From Bdellovibrionota bacterium (lineage in GTDB: Bacteria; Bdellovibrionota_C; UBA2361; JBGSMV01), in NCBI GenBank assembly GCA_044356455.1, contig JBIKWF010000119.1, positions 1 through 12,790 on the forward strand: a stretch of DNA of 12,790 nucleotides. Direction: 5' to 3'. A program made the translations under genes and the position numbers. The notes beneath the pieces were generated by a model. That model was not told the origin of the DNA, ran no database searches, and was given only the letters and a program-made list of their open reading frames with translations. Below, piece after piece: positions 1 through 7,274 of this stretch (positions are counted from its first letter, which is position 1; each line of letters opens with the position of its first letter).

Positions 1-377
1 GAGTTGTAGCTTGAAATAAACCGGCGTCTCTGGTGCCTCTCTCCGTGGCCTCCTCTCGCACTTTAAAACCAGGGGTGTTTTTTGAGGGGAGTGCTACCTA
101 TAAGACGTCCGCGTGAGAAGCTAACCTGCGATTTTGCTTCACCATTTTGGGCCTTCAGCACAAGCCGCTATCTTGGTCAGTAAGACCCATATCGCCCCCC
201 CGTCAAAAGATATAGCCGGCTGCCACTTCAAGGGCTTAGAGAGCGGGCAACTGCTTATGCGGGAGTGCGAGACAGCCGATGTTTGCCTTGGGGAGATTTC
301 CGCCGCGGGAACGCAGCAGGAGAGGGTATCCCTCTGAGGTTTCGCATCTTTAATCTGGGAATTTGCAACGGCTTCCT

Positions 378-1601
378 ATGCTGAGAGTGCTTCTCGCCGA
401 TGACGATTTGATATCGCTGCGCGTTCTGGAGTCCTTTCTCTTGAAGCAAGGCTATCAGGTTGAAGTCTGCGCAGATGGAAACAGTGCCTGGACCAGAATG
501 TGCGCCACGCCTCCTCCTGACATAGCGATTCTCGATTGGTTCATGCCTGGCCTCAACGGGCCCGATCTCACTGAAAGATACACTCGCCAAGCACATCTTC
601 CTTTCATGTATTGCATCATCTTAAGTGGCACGATGATGAAAGAGAATGTGCTCGAAGCGCTCCACCGGGGGGCACATGACGTGCTTGAGAAGCCCTACGA
701 TCTATCTTTGATCCGCTCTCGTCTTGAAGTTGCAGCACACATTACTCGAGAGAGAAAGGCGAGTGAGGAAATGGCTCGCGTCATGCAGCGCTATGGGGAG
801 CAAATGGAGCAACTTGCTCAGGAGCGAGCGCAGCAACTCGTGCATGCGGATCGCATGTCGAGTCTGGGCGTTATGGCCGCAGGGATCGCTCATGAAATAA
901 ATAACCCCATGAGTTTCATATCAGGAAATGCCCAGAGTGTTCAGCGCTACTGGTCTGATATTGAGCCAATTCTAAGAACTTATTTAAATGAACAGAAAGG
1001 CGACGGGCACAAGATTGAGTTCATTTTGACCGAGATGCCGAAAGTCCTTGCTAGCATCATGAATGGTGTGCAGCGCGTAACGACTATTGTGAAAGGTTTA
1101 AAAAAATACTCTGGCAAAACTACCAAAGAGTCCCGTGATTCGATTGACCTCAATCATTGCATCGAGCAGGCGCTCGAACTGTGTAAAGGAAATTTCGATA
1201 AATCCCTTGTCGTTGAGCGAAAGCTGACCATCACGTTGCCTCTTGTCAGCGCAAATTCACTGGAGATCGAGCAAGTGCTCGTCAATCTGCTGGTGAATGC
1301 GTCGCATGCCATGGCAGGAAAGGAAACGCAAATTCTGACTATCAGCTCACAGAAAACGACAAGCGCAGTTCTTGTTGCCGTTGAGGATACAGGCACGGGA
1401 ATTCCCGCGACACTTCTTACCAAGATTTGGGACCCTTTTGTTACGACAAAGGCAATCGGTCAGGGCACGGGACTTGGACTCTCCATAAGTAGCGGCATTA
1501 TAAAGAGCCACGGCGGAGAGCTCAAAGCGAGTAATCGGCCTCAAGGCGGGGCGCGATTTGAATTGTCACTTCCATTACAGAACGAGGAACCACGAAAATG
1601 A
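378..1601 (+). CDS. Hybrid response-regulator receiver / histidine kinase (REC-coiled coil-HisKA-HATPase), cytoplasmic
   Basis: The N-terminal REC domain has VLLADDD, the phospho-acceptor Asp in ILDWFMPG (codon 534-536) and the conserved Lys in EKP. Kinase motifs: H-box AGIAHEINNP (His at 891-893), N-box EQVLVNLLVNASHA, G1 DTGTGI, F-box DPFVTTK, G2 GTGLGL. No transmembrane segment seen. Start placed at ATG 378; an in-frame TTG at 363 is the alternative. Confidence 0.95.
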   Translation: MLRVLLADDDLISLRVLESFLLKQGYQVEVCADGNSAWTRMCATPPPDIAILDWFMPGLNGPDLTERYTRQAHLPFMYCIILSGTMMKENVLEALHRGAHDVLEKPYDLSLIRSRLEVAAHITRERKASEEMARVMQRYGEQMEQLAQERAQQLVHADRMSSLGVMAAGIAHEINNPMSFISGNAQSVQRYWSDIEPILRTYLNEQKGDGHKIEFILTEMPKVLASIMNGVQRVTTIVKGLKKYSGKTTKESRDSIDLNHCIEQALELCKGNFDKSLVVERKLTITLPLVSANSLEIEQVLVNLLVNASHAMAGKETQILTISSQKTTSAVLVAVEDTGTGIPATLLTKIWDPFVTTKAIGQGTGLGLSISSGIIKSHGGELKASNRPQGGARFELSLPLQNEEPRK

Positions 1602-2008
1602 ATGCTGCCATCCTAGTCGTTGATGACGAGGCGGACATTCGCGAACTGCTTTCGCGTCATTTCCGTTACTTGGGCTACGAGGTTGAGACCGCCTCTCACG
1701 GGAAAGAGGCGCTAGAACGACTTGCGGCAACAAAGATTGATATCCTGATTTCCGACATCATGATGCCGGAGATGAATGGTGTCGAGCTTCTCAAACATGT
1801 CAGGGCGCATTACCCAATGATCCGCCCCATTATGATAACAGGCTACGTAACCATGGAGAATGCGCTCGCCTGTATTCGCTACGGCGCAGATAGCTGTGTT
1901 TTTAAGCCCCTCAATGATTTGAGCCAGCTCGAAAACGCGGTGAACGAAGCCACGCGTAGGCTGCGCTATTGGATGGATATCCTGCGAGAGCTGAGAGGCA
2001 TGAAATGA
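1598..2008 (+). CDS. Single-domain response regulator receiver protein
   Basis: ILVVDDE, DILISDIMMPEMNG (phospho-Asp at 1754-1756), MITG and FKP motifs, followed by only a short C-terminal helix with no output domain. ATGA start/stop overlap with the upstream kinase at 1598-1601. Confidence 0.93.
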   Translation: MNAAILVVDDEADIRELLSRHFRYLGYEVETASHGKEALERLAATKIDILISDIMMPEMNGVELLKHVRAHYPMIRPIMITGYVTMENALACIRYGADSCVFKPLNDLSQLENAVNEATRRLRYWMDILRELRGMK

Positions 2009-3894
2009 GCTCTGAAAATAAGCTGGATATGGACCCGAGCGTCCTGCAAGGGTTCCTTGAGGAGTCTCGCGAGGCTTTGGCCTCGCTGGATGCATTTTTT
2101 ATCCAGCTCGAAAAAGATCCCTTCAATAGTTCGATTATCAGTTCCATTTTTAGGCCCGTCCATTCCATTAAAGGTAACGCCCCTTTTTTCGGCCTCATGC
2201 GACTAAAGACAATAGCGCATGAATTTGAATCGCTGCTGGCGGCTCTTAGGGACAAAAAGATTGCACCCGCACGATCACTCTTCGACCTCTTACTGGCAGG
2301 TGTTGATGAGGTGAAGGCGATAGTTGAGCGGGTGGCTCGAGGACAGCCGGAAGTTATTGATGAGGCGCATTATGCAAGCCTGATAAGTCAGGCTAAGCAG
2401 GCCACGATCGCGCGCCAACCAAGTTCAGGCTCATTCCCTAAAGGCGCCGAGCTGCAAGCGGCTTTCGAGGCTCTCTCAAGTTTGAGGCTCAGCTCTGATC
2501 AAGAGTCTATACGCGAGGCAATCTTGGTTACCCTGCGCGCATGCGCCGCAAGTAGTGATGAACGTGTTGTCGTGCCTTCGATTCCTCAGGCTGCGACGGC
2601 GGTGCCTCTTGACGCCCCGCTGCATGAGCACCAAGCGCCCAAGGCCCCCAGCGATGCATCAGGACAAAAGAAAGAAGCTGCCAAAAGCATGCGCGTTTCA
2701 GAGGAGCGAATTGATACCTTTCTCGGGTTTGTGGGGGAGCTGGTTATCGCACAAGATATGCTGCGGCACTTTAGCACCAAGGTCGAAGGCTTGCTTGAGG
2801 ATCCCAAACTAAAGAAAGAATTGGATGTGGTGAATGGGGTTATTTTAAATCTTGGTAACGGGCTTGAGAGAGCCATCATGTCAATTCGCAAAGTTTCCGT
2901 AAAAAGCCTTTTACAGAAGGCTCCTCGTCTCATTCGTGATGTTGCGATTGCAAAGGGAAAGGAAATTGCCGTCGAAATCGAAGGTGACGAGGTGGAAATT
3001 GACAAGAGTCTTCTTGAGCTTTTGGATGCGCCGATTACCCATATGGTGAGGAATGCAGCCGACCACGGGATCGAATTGCCAGAGGCAAGAGAGAGAGCCG
3101 GTAAGCCACGTCAGGGCACCGTGAAAGTGGTATGCAGCGAGGGGCTCACCGACATTGTTCTAACCGTTAAGGACGATGGTGCCGGACTCAACTACCAGGG
3201 ACTGCAAAAGAAGGCGGAGGCTCTTGGCCTAGTGAGAGCAGGGGAGGGACTTACCGATGCGCAGGTAGTCAATCTCATCTTTATGGCGGGAGTTTCCACG
3301 GCCTCGGAAGTGAGTGACATTTCGGGACGCGGCGTTGGCATGGATGTGGTAAAGCGAAATGTTGAGGCCAGCGGTGGCTCGATATCTGTTACAAGTTCCC
3401 CAGGAATGGGAAGTGAATTTATGTTACGGCTCCCTAAAAGCGTGACCACTCAGATAATGCAGGGATTTGTGGTTCGTGTGCATGACGTGAGCCTTGTGTT
3501 GCCACTCAACCAAGTACAGGAAAGTTGGAGTCTACGTGCAGGTGATATTACTGATGTGGTGTCGCTTGGGCCGCAAGTTATAAGGCACGAAAAAGTTCTC
3601 CCGCTACTTAATCTTCCCGAATTTCTTCATCTTGGTGCAGGTGAAACAGGTGAGCAGAATCAACTTGTCGTTACCATCGATTCTAACTCTCAGCTTCTTG
3701 CACTTCGGGTAGATGATATTATTGGGCCTCGACAGGTCGTTCTTAAGCCGCTTGATGCTTCAACGAATGGAGAACAGCTCTTTCTTGGAGGGGCACTGTT
3801 GGGCGATGGTACTGTGGCTCTGGTTCTCGATGTTGCAAAGTTGCACGCCTCTGCCATGTCCAATTTGGTGCCCGAGAAGACAGGGCTGCACTAA
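2005..3894 (+). CDS. cheA: CheA-type chemosensory histidine kinase (HPt-linker-dimerisation-HATPase-CheW-like domain)
   Basis: HPt motif IFRPVHSIKG (His at 2161-2163), dimerisation region SMRVSEERIDTFLGFVGELVI, N-box HMVRNAADHGIE, G1 DDGAGL, G2 SGRGVGMDVV, and a C-terminal CheW-like domain ending GGALLGDGTVALVLDV. Start at ATG 2005 inferred from the ATGA overlap with the upstream stop; the ORF track starts at 1969. Confidence 0.95.
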   Translation: MSSENKLDMDPSVLQGFLEESREALASLDAFFIQLEKDPFNSSIISSIFRPVHSIKGNAPFFGLMRLKTIAHEFESLLAALRDKKIAPARSLFDLLLAGVDEVKAIVERVARGQPEVIDEAHYASLISQAKQATIARQPSSGSFPKGAELQAAFEALSSLRLSSDQESIREAILVTLRACAASSDERVVVPSIPQAATAVPLDAPLHEHQAPKAPSDASGQKKEAAKSMRVSEERIDTFLGFVGELVIAQDMLRHFSTKVEGLLEDPKLKKELDVVNGVILNLGNGLERAIMSIRKVSVKSLLQKAPRLIRDVAIAKGKEIAVEIEGDEVEIDKSLLELLDAPITHMVRNAADHGIELPEARERAGKPRQGTVKVVCSEGLTDIVLTVKDDGAGLNYQGLQKKAEALGLVRAGEGLTDAQVVNLIFMAGVSTASEVSDISGRGVGMDVVKRNVEASGGSISVTSSPGMGSEFMLRLPKSVTTQIMQGFVVRVHDVSLVLPLNQVQESWSLRAGDITDVVSLGPQVIRHEKVLPLLNLPEFLHLGAGETGEQNQLVVTIDSNSQLLALRVDDIIGPRQVVLKPLDASTNGEQLFLGGALLGDGTVALVLDVAKLHASAMSNLVPEKTGLH

Positions 3895-3949
3895 GAAGGT
3901 GTTCTTCGGCTTGCCGTGGCGCCTTAAGAGTGCAGGTGAGAAATCGGTT

Positions 3950-5572
3950 CTACCGTGCTGGTGCAACCACACTAACCTGTTTAATGAGTTCCGCTCCGAG
4001 TGCCTCCATGCTCATGAGCCGCGGGGGATTAAAGCTTGTGCCTCCAACCCAGGCGGCAAGCACGGGCGTGCTTGTATGAGTTCCCGTAGCCCACACCACA
4101 CCATAGTGCGAAGCAAGTTCCCGGGAGACGGCAGTGCTAAATCGATTGCGAGCGTTCGGATGAAAAGCATCGTAAGAGCAGAGGGCGGTCCATTCTTTTT
4201 CGCCTAAATCTTTATGGCCTTCGCGATAAAAATGGTTAGGAGTCATCGCCATGATGCGCGTAAGAGCCTCGTCCTCGAGTTGCACGCCGATAGTTTCCTG
4301 CAAACGCTTACCCAGCGCCTTGGACGTGCGCTCACCTGAGGAAAGCTTTTCCCACCATTCCCCTACCGTTCCAAGGGGAGCCTTTTGAAGGAGCAATTCG
4401 CCTAGCACTGAAGGGGGAACAAAGTTGTATTGGGGTTTATAAGATTCATTAGAAAACACGCGCCCAGGAAAGGGGCGTGGGGCCGGAATGTCGCTCGCAT
4501 GGTAGCTAAAGCCAAACCCGCCTGTTTCATGGTCAGCAGTAACCACGAGCAGCGTGTCGTTGCGTGATCCCATCCAATCAAGAATCGCCTGTAGAGCCTC
4601 GTCTGCTCGAAGCATCTCACGAAGCAGCCATCCCGCGTCATTTGCGTGCGCTGCCCAATCTATTTGTCCTGCCTCAACCATGAGGAAGAAGCCATCCGGG
4701 TCTCGGCTAAGGAGCCGAAGCGCCTGGGTCGTCATTGCACGTAATGTGGGTTGAGAGGGGTGAGGGGCCGCTTCAAGAAACGCATTCTGCATCGCAGATT
4801 CAGAGAAGAGCCCTAGTACGCGCTGTGCCTTAGTCTTCTCTAGTTCTCTCTGAGAAAAGACGACTGCGGTTTCAGCTAAGCGTGCCTCTTCAAGCAGGTT
4901 GCGGGTATCGGACCGAGAGGAGTTGCTGCGAAAGGGGGCTCCCTTAATGCTGCTACTACCTTTCGGAGCAAAATGCCGAACTCCCCCTGAAAGCGCGACG
5001 GATACATCGGATTCTATCAGCTGGGCAGCTATTTCATTCTCGTCACTGCGATGGGGCGCCCTGGCGTAAAATGCCGCGGGGGTGGCATGCGTAATTCTTG
5101 TGTCAGAAACAAGCCCAGTGCTCATCCCGAGCCCTGAGGCGATATTCACTATAGTGGGAGGCGTTTTACCGTCAGCATCAACTCCCAGGGTTTCAGGGAG
5201 TCCAAGATGCCCTGTCGCAAGGGCGGTGGCCGAACATGCAGAGTCAATAACAAGAGCTCCAGATGGCTGAGGCTGAACAAGTGCCAGTGAGCCAGAAGTT
5301 AGGATATCAACCAAGGCTGAAGACTTGGGAATGCCAAGTTCTTTTGCATGCTTTCGTGCAAGGAGCAAAAGTCCAATCTGCTGAGGACCCATCCCGTCCC
5401 CAATAAAAAGAATAATGTTCTGGGGGCGCTTAGCAGCCAAGGAAGGGGAGGCACCACCGGTGTGTGGGGCAGCTCCGCTCGCAGCCTGCGAAGACACCTC
5501 ATCAGGAAATAAGGAATGAAAAAGAAACAAAATGAACACGGCACCGCAGAAAACGGCCTGTCTATGCAGCAT
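3950..5572 (-). CDS. phoA: Alkaline phosphatase (PhoA family), secreted
   Basis: Motifs IILFIGDGMG, DSACSATALATG (catalytic Ser), THATPAAFYA, FFLMVEAGQIDWAAHAND, VTADHETGG and THTSTPV. The hydrophobic N-terminus (MLHRQAVFCGAVFILFLFHSLF) fits a signal peptide or anchor. ATG at 5572 is preceded by GGGGA; the ORF track extends to TTG 5596. Confidence 0.93.
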   Translation of the reverse strand: MLHRQAVFCGAVFILFLFHSLFPDEVSSQAASGAAPHTGGASPSLAAKRPQNIILFIGDGMGPQQIGLLLLARKHAKELGIPKSSALVDILTSGSLALVQPQPSGALVIDSACSATALATGHLGLPETLGVDADGKTPPTIVNIASGLGMSTGLVSDTRITHATPAAFYARAPHRSDENEIAAQLIESDVSVALSGGVRHFAPKGSSSIKGAPFRSNSSRSDTRNLLEEARLAETAVVFSQRELEKTKAQRVLGLFSESAMQNAFLEAAPHPSQPTLRAMTTQALRLLSRDPDGFFLMVEAGQIDWAAHANDAGWLLREMLRADEALQAILDWMGSRNDTLLVVTADHETGGFGFSYHASDIPAPRPFPGRVFSNESYKPQYNFVPPSVLGELLLQKAPLGTVGEWWEKLSSGERTSKALGKRLQETIGVQLEDEALTRIMAMTPNHFYREGHKDLGEKEWTALCSYDAFHPNARNRFSTAVSRELASHYGVVWATGTHTSTPVLAAWVGGTSFNPPRLMSMEALGAELIKQVSVVAPAR

Positions 5573-5913
5573 GATTCCCCAAGCTTTGTTTCTCAATCCT
5601 TACGCGGCTCAAGAGAAAGCTCAAGCATAATTTCAGTCTGGCAATAGATCTGAGCGCATCCATAGTCGTCGCCATAGAGCTTATAGGCCTCGCGCGTGGT
5701 CGCGCTCTGAAGGACTTTTTTCACAAGTTCACGAAAGTTGCTTCCAGCCAAAGTTTTCTTTCAGGCACTCTTTCCCCCAAATGAGAATTTTCTTTTGAGA
5801 ACTGAGGGTTGGATATTCTCCGATCCTAATACACTTCTAACCATTCTTTTTGGACCAATTTCGAACCTCCTTGAATCGTAGGGTTGATTTAGTCGCAAGG
5901 AAGGACTCGCTCT
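5573..5913. promoter_or_regulatory. Divergent promoter region between phoA and the four-gene + strand cluster
   Basis: A 341-nt gap with no ORF-track entry beyond the optional phoA 5' extension, lying between divergent starts, with T-rich tracts at about 5716-5850. Exact promoter boxes could not be assigned. Confidence 0.5.
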
Positions 5914-6957
5914 GTGACAAATGCACCTCGCAGTTATCTAGCTCTTTCGCAGAATGGTAGTGCATCCTCCCCATTGAAGCTCATTGCTTCTGGCGAAAAT
6001 GTACAGCCGACGTCACCTCTCGCGCTTATCGTTTCGGAAAGGATTGCGGAGCTTCTCGTACTATGGAGCGAGGGCTCGATTCGAGCTGATGAGCAAGTTG
6101 AGCTTAGGAGGATTATCCGTGACTTGATGGCCCGAGCGCGGCCTGCGGAGCACCAGAGCCTTGTTCGGATGGCAGCACATTTTCTTGGATCTGAGGCTGA
6201 GCGACTTGGAATCTCATTAGAGCTATTGAGAGTCCTGGTACGAACTGAAAACCATCTGCATCGTCTTCGCCTCATCCCCACGCTCAGCGCGCTTAATCGC
6301 TTTGTAGAGGTCCTCGATCACTGCCCCAAGATTGTGCAGGCGCTGCTTTTCTCCCTACCGGAAGCTGAGCGTCATTACCGAACAGCCTGTGGACAAGGCG
6401 CCTATTCCCCTGATCTTCCTTCTTCTTTATGCCGCCGGGTCAAACGCCAGGTGCGGAGCATTGGTGCCAAATCGACTCTGCAGTCGGACGAAGCATTGGC
6501 CGAAGTTGAAGAAATTCCAGCGATTATAGTTTTTCAGTTTTTGCAGAATGGCTGCACGCAGCAAGTCCAGTTACGCCGAAGGTCTGAGCTCTATCGAAGA
6601 GGAGTAGTAGAAGAGCACCTGCTTTCTCCCGCCGCATTTGTAAGAGCAGAGCTCGCCGCAATTGATTCAGGGTTTGTCTTTGAACTTGCCGCCTCAGACG
6701 CCATTGCCCGCGAATTTAAAGTGTCCGCCGCCATCGTTGACAACTTTCTTTCTGACTCCACGTTTGGCCTTAAAGCCGAGGAGCGGCGCAGGCGCCAGGC
6801 GTATCTGGCGCTTGAGGCTCTCGGGAAGGCTGAGCTTCGTTCCCCGAGATTTGAGGAGCTTTTTATGCGGGCCTCAGAGGTGCGCCTGCGGGGTAGAGCG
6901 GGGCTGCACCTACAACTACCAAAAGAGAGGAAGAGCATGAAAAGGCGAGCAGCTTAG
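5914..6957 (+). CDS. Hypothetical protein, predicted mainly alpha-helical (347 aa)
   Basis: Long ORF with a GTG start 8 nt after AAGGAAGGA (5897-5905). Leu/Ala/Glu/Arg-rich amphipathic pattern. No catalytic motif recognised. Confidence 0.75.
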   Translation: MTNAPRSYLALSQNGSASSPLKLIASGENVQPTSPLALIVSERIAELLVLWSEGSIRADEQVELRRIIRDLMARARPAEHQSLVRMAAHFLGSEAERLGISLELLRVLVRTENHLHRLRLIPTLSALNRFVEVLDHCPKIVQALLFSLPEAERHYRTACGQGAYSPDLPSSLCRRVKRQVRSIGAKSTLQSDEALAEVEEIPAIIVFQFLQNGCTQQVQLRRRSELYRRGVVEEHLLSPAAFVRAELAAIDSGFVFELAASDAIAREFKVSAAIVDNFLSDSTFGLKAEERRRRQAYLALEALGKAELRSPRFEELFMRASEVRLRGRAGLHLQLPKERKSMKRRAA

Positions 6958-7008
6958 GCATCAAGGTACACGCAAGCCGTAAGGACGAGACTCAGGAGCT
7001 TATTAGCA

Positions 7009-7269
7009 ATGGCACCGAAAGTAGAACCACTTGAATCCGCCTATTTTGACCCAGAGCTATTTGAATTTTTAAAGAGGGTGGCCGATCTCGGAATTGGGAA
7101 TGTCCACGAGCTTGCCCTCCTCATCGAGGACCAACCGCTCCTTCAGGAGTTGATTCGAAACGGGGATCATAACCCGACCCTTGGTAGGGACCTTTCAGTG
7201 GAAGATCTCGTTGCTCGCTTAGAGCACGAGGCAACACTTTTTTTAAGCAGTAAAACTAATAAGGAGTAG
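7009..7269 (+). CDS. Small acidic hypothetical protein (86 aa)
   Basis: ATG preceded by AGGAG (6994-6998). Fills the gap between two co-oriented genes, and its last codons carry the RBS of the next gene. 17 Asp/Glu versus 8 Lys/Arg by hand count. Confidence 0.72.
   Translation: MAPKVEPLESAYFDPELFEFLKRVADLGIGNVHELALLIEDQPLLQELIRNGDHNPTLGRDLSVEDLVARLEHEATLFLSSKTNKE
7261..7266 (+). promoter_or_regulatory. Shine-Dalgarno site for the 1159-aa gene, embedded in the end of the 86-aa gene
   Basis: AAGGAG immediately before the TAG stop (7267-7269) and 8 nt before ATG 7275. Confidence 0.7.
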
Positions 7270-7274
7270 GGCAG

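Noticed and set aside
1..190. Possible - strand gene start (ATG at 190 after a G-rich tract, or GTG at 61 open to the edge)
   Set aside because: The ATG 190 frame stops after 11 codons; the GTG 61 frame gives only about 20 codons in the window with nothing diagnostic.
256..282. Sigma-28-like promoter (GCCGAT at 275-280) upstream of the cheA-containing operon
   Set aside because: The -10 match is partial (GCCGATGT) and the expected -35 position reads TATG rather than TAAA; too weak to call.
134..337. 67-aa + strand ORF upstream of the kinase
   Set aside because: TTG start without a clear SD and no recognisable motif; more likely part of a non-coding leader, though not excluded.
1969..2004. 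Longer cheA N-terminus from ATG 1969
   Set aside because: It would overlap the receiver gene by 40 nt; ATG 2005 gives a typical ATGA coupling and directly precedes the HPt domain.
3893..3949. Intrinsic terminator between convergent cheA and phoA (AAGAA-GGTG-TTCTT)
   Set aside because: Only a 5-bp AT-rich stem with no U-tract.
3713..4207. 164-aa + strand ORF spanning the cheA end and phoA end
   Set aside because: Overlaps two well-supported genes in other frames and has no motif; treated as a shadow ORF.
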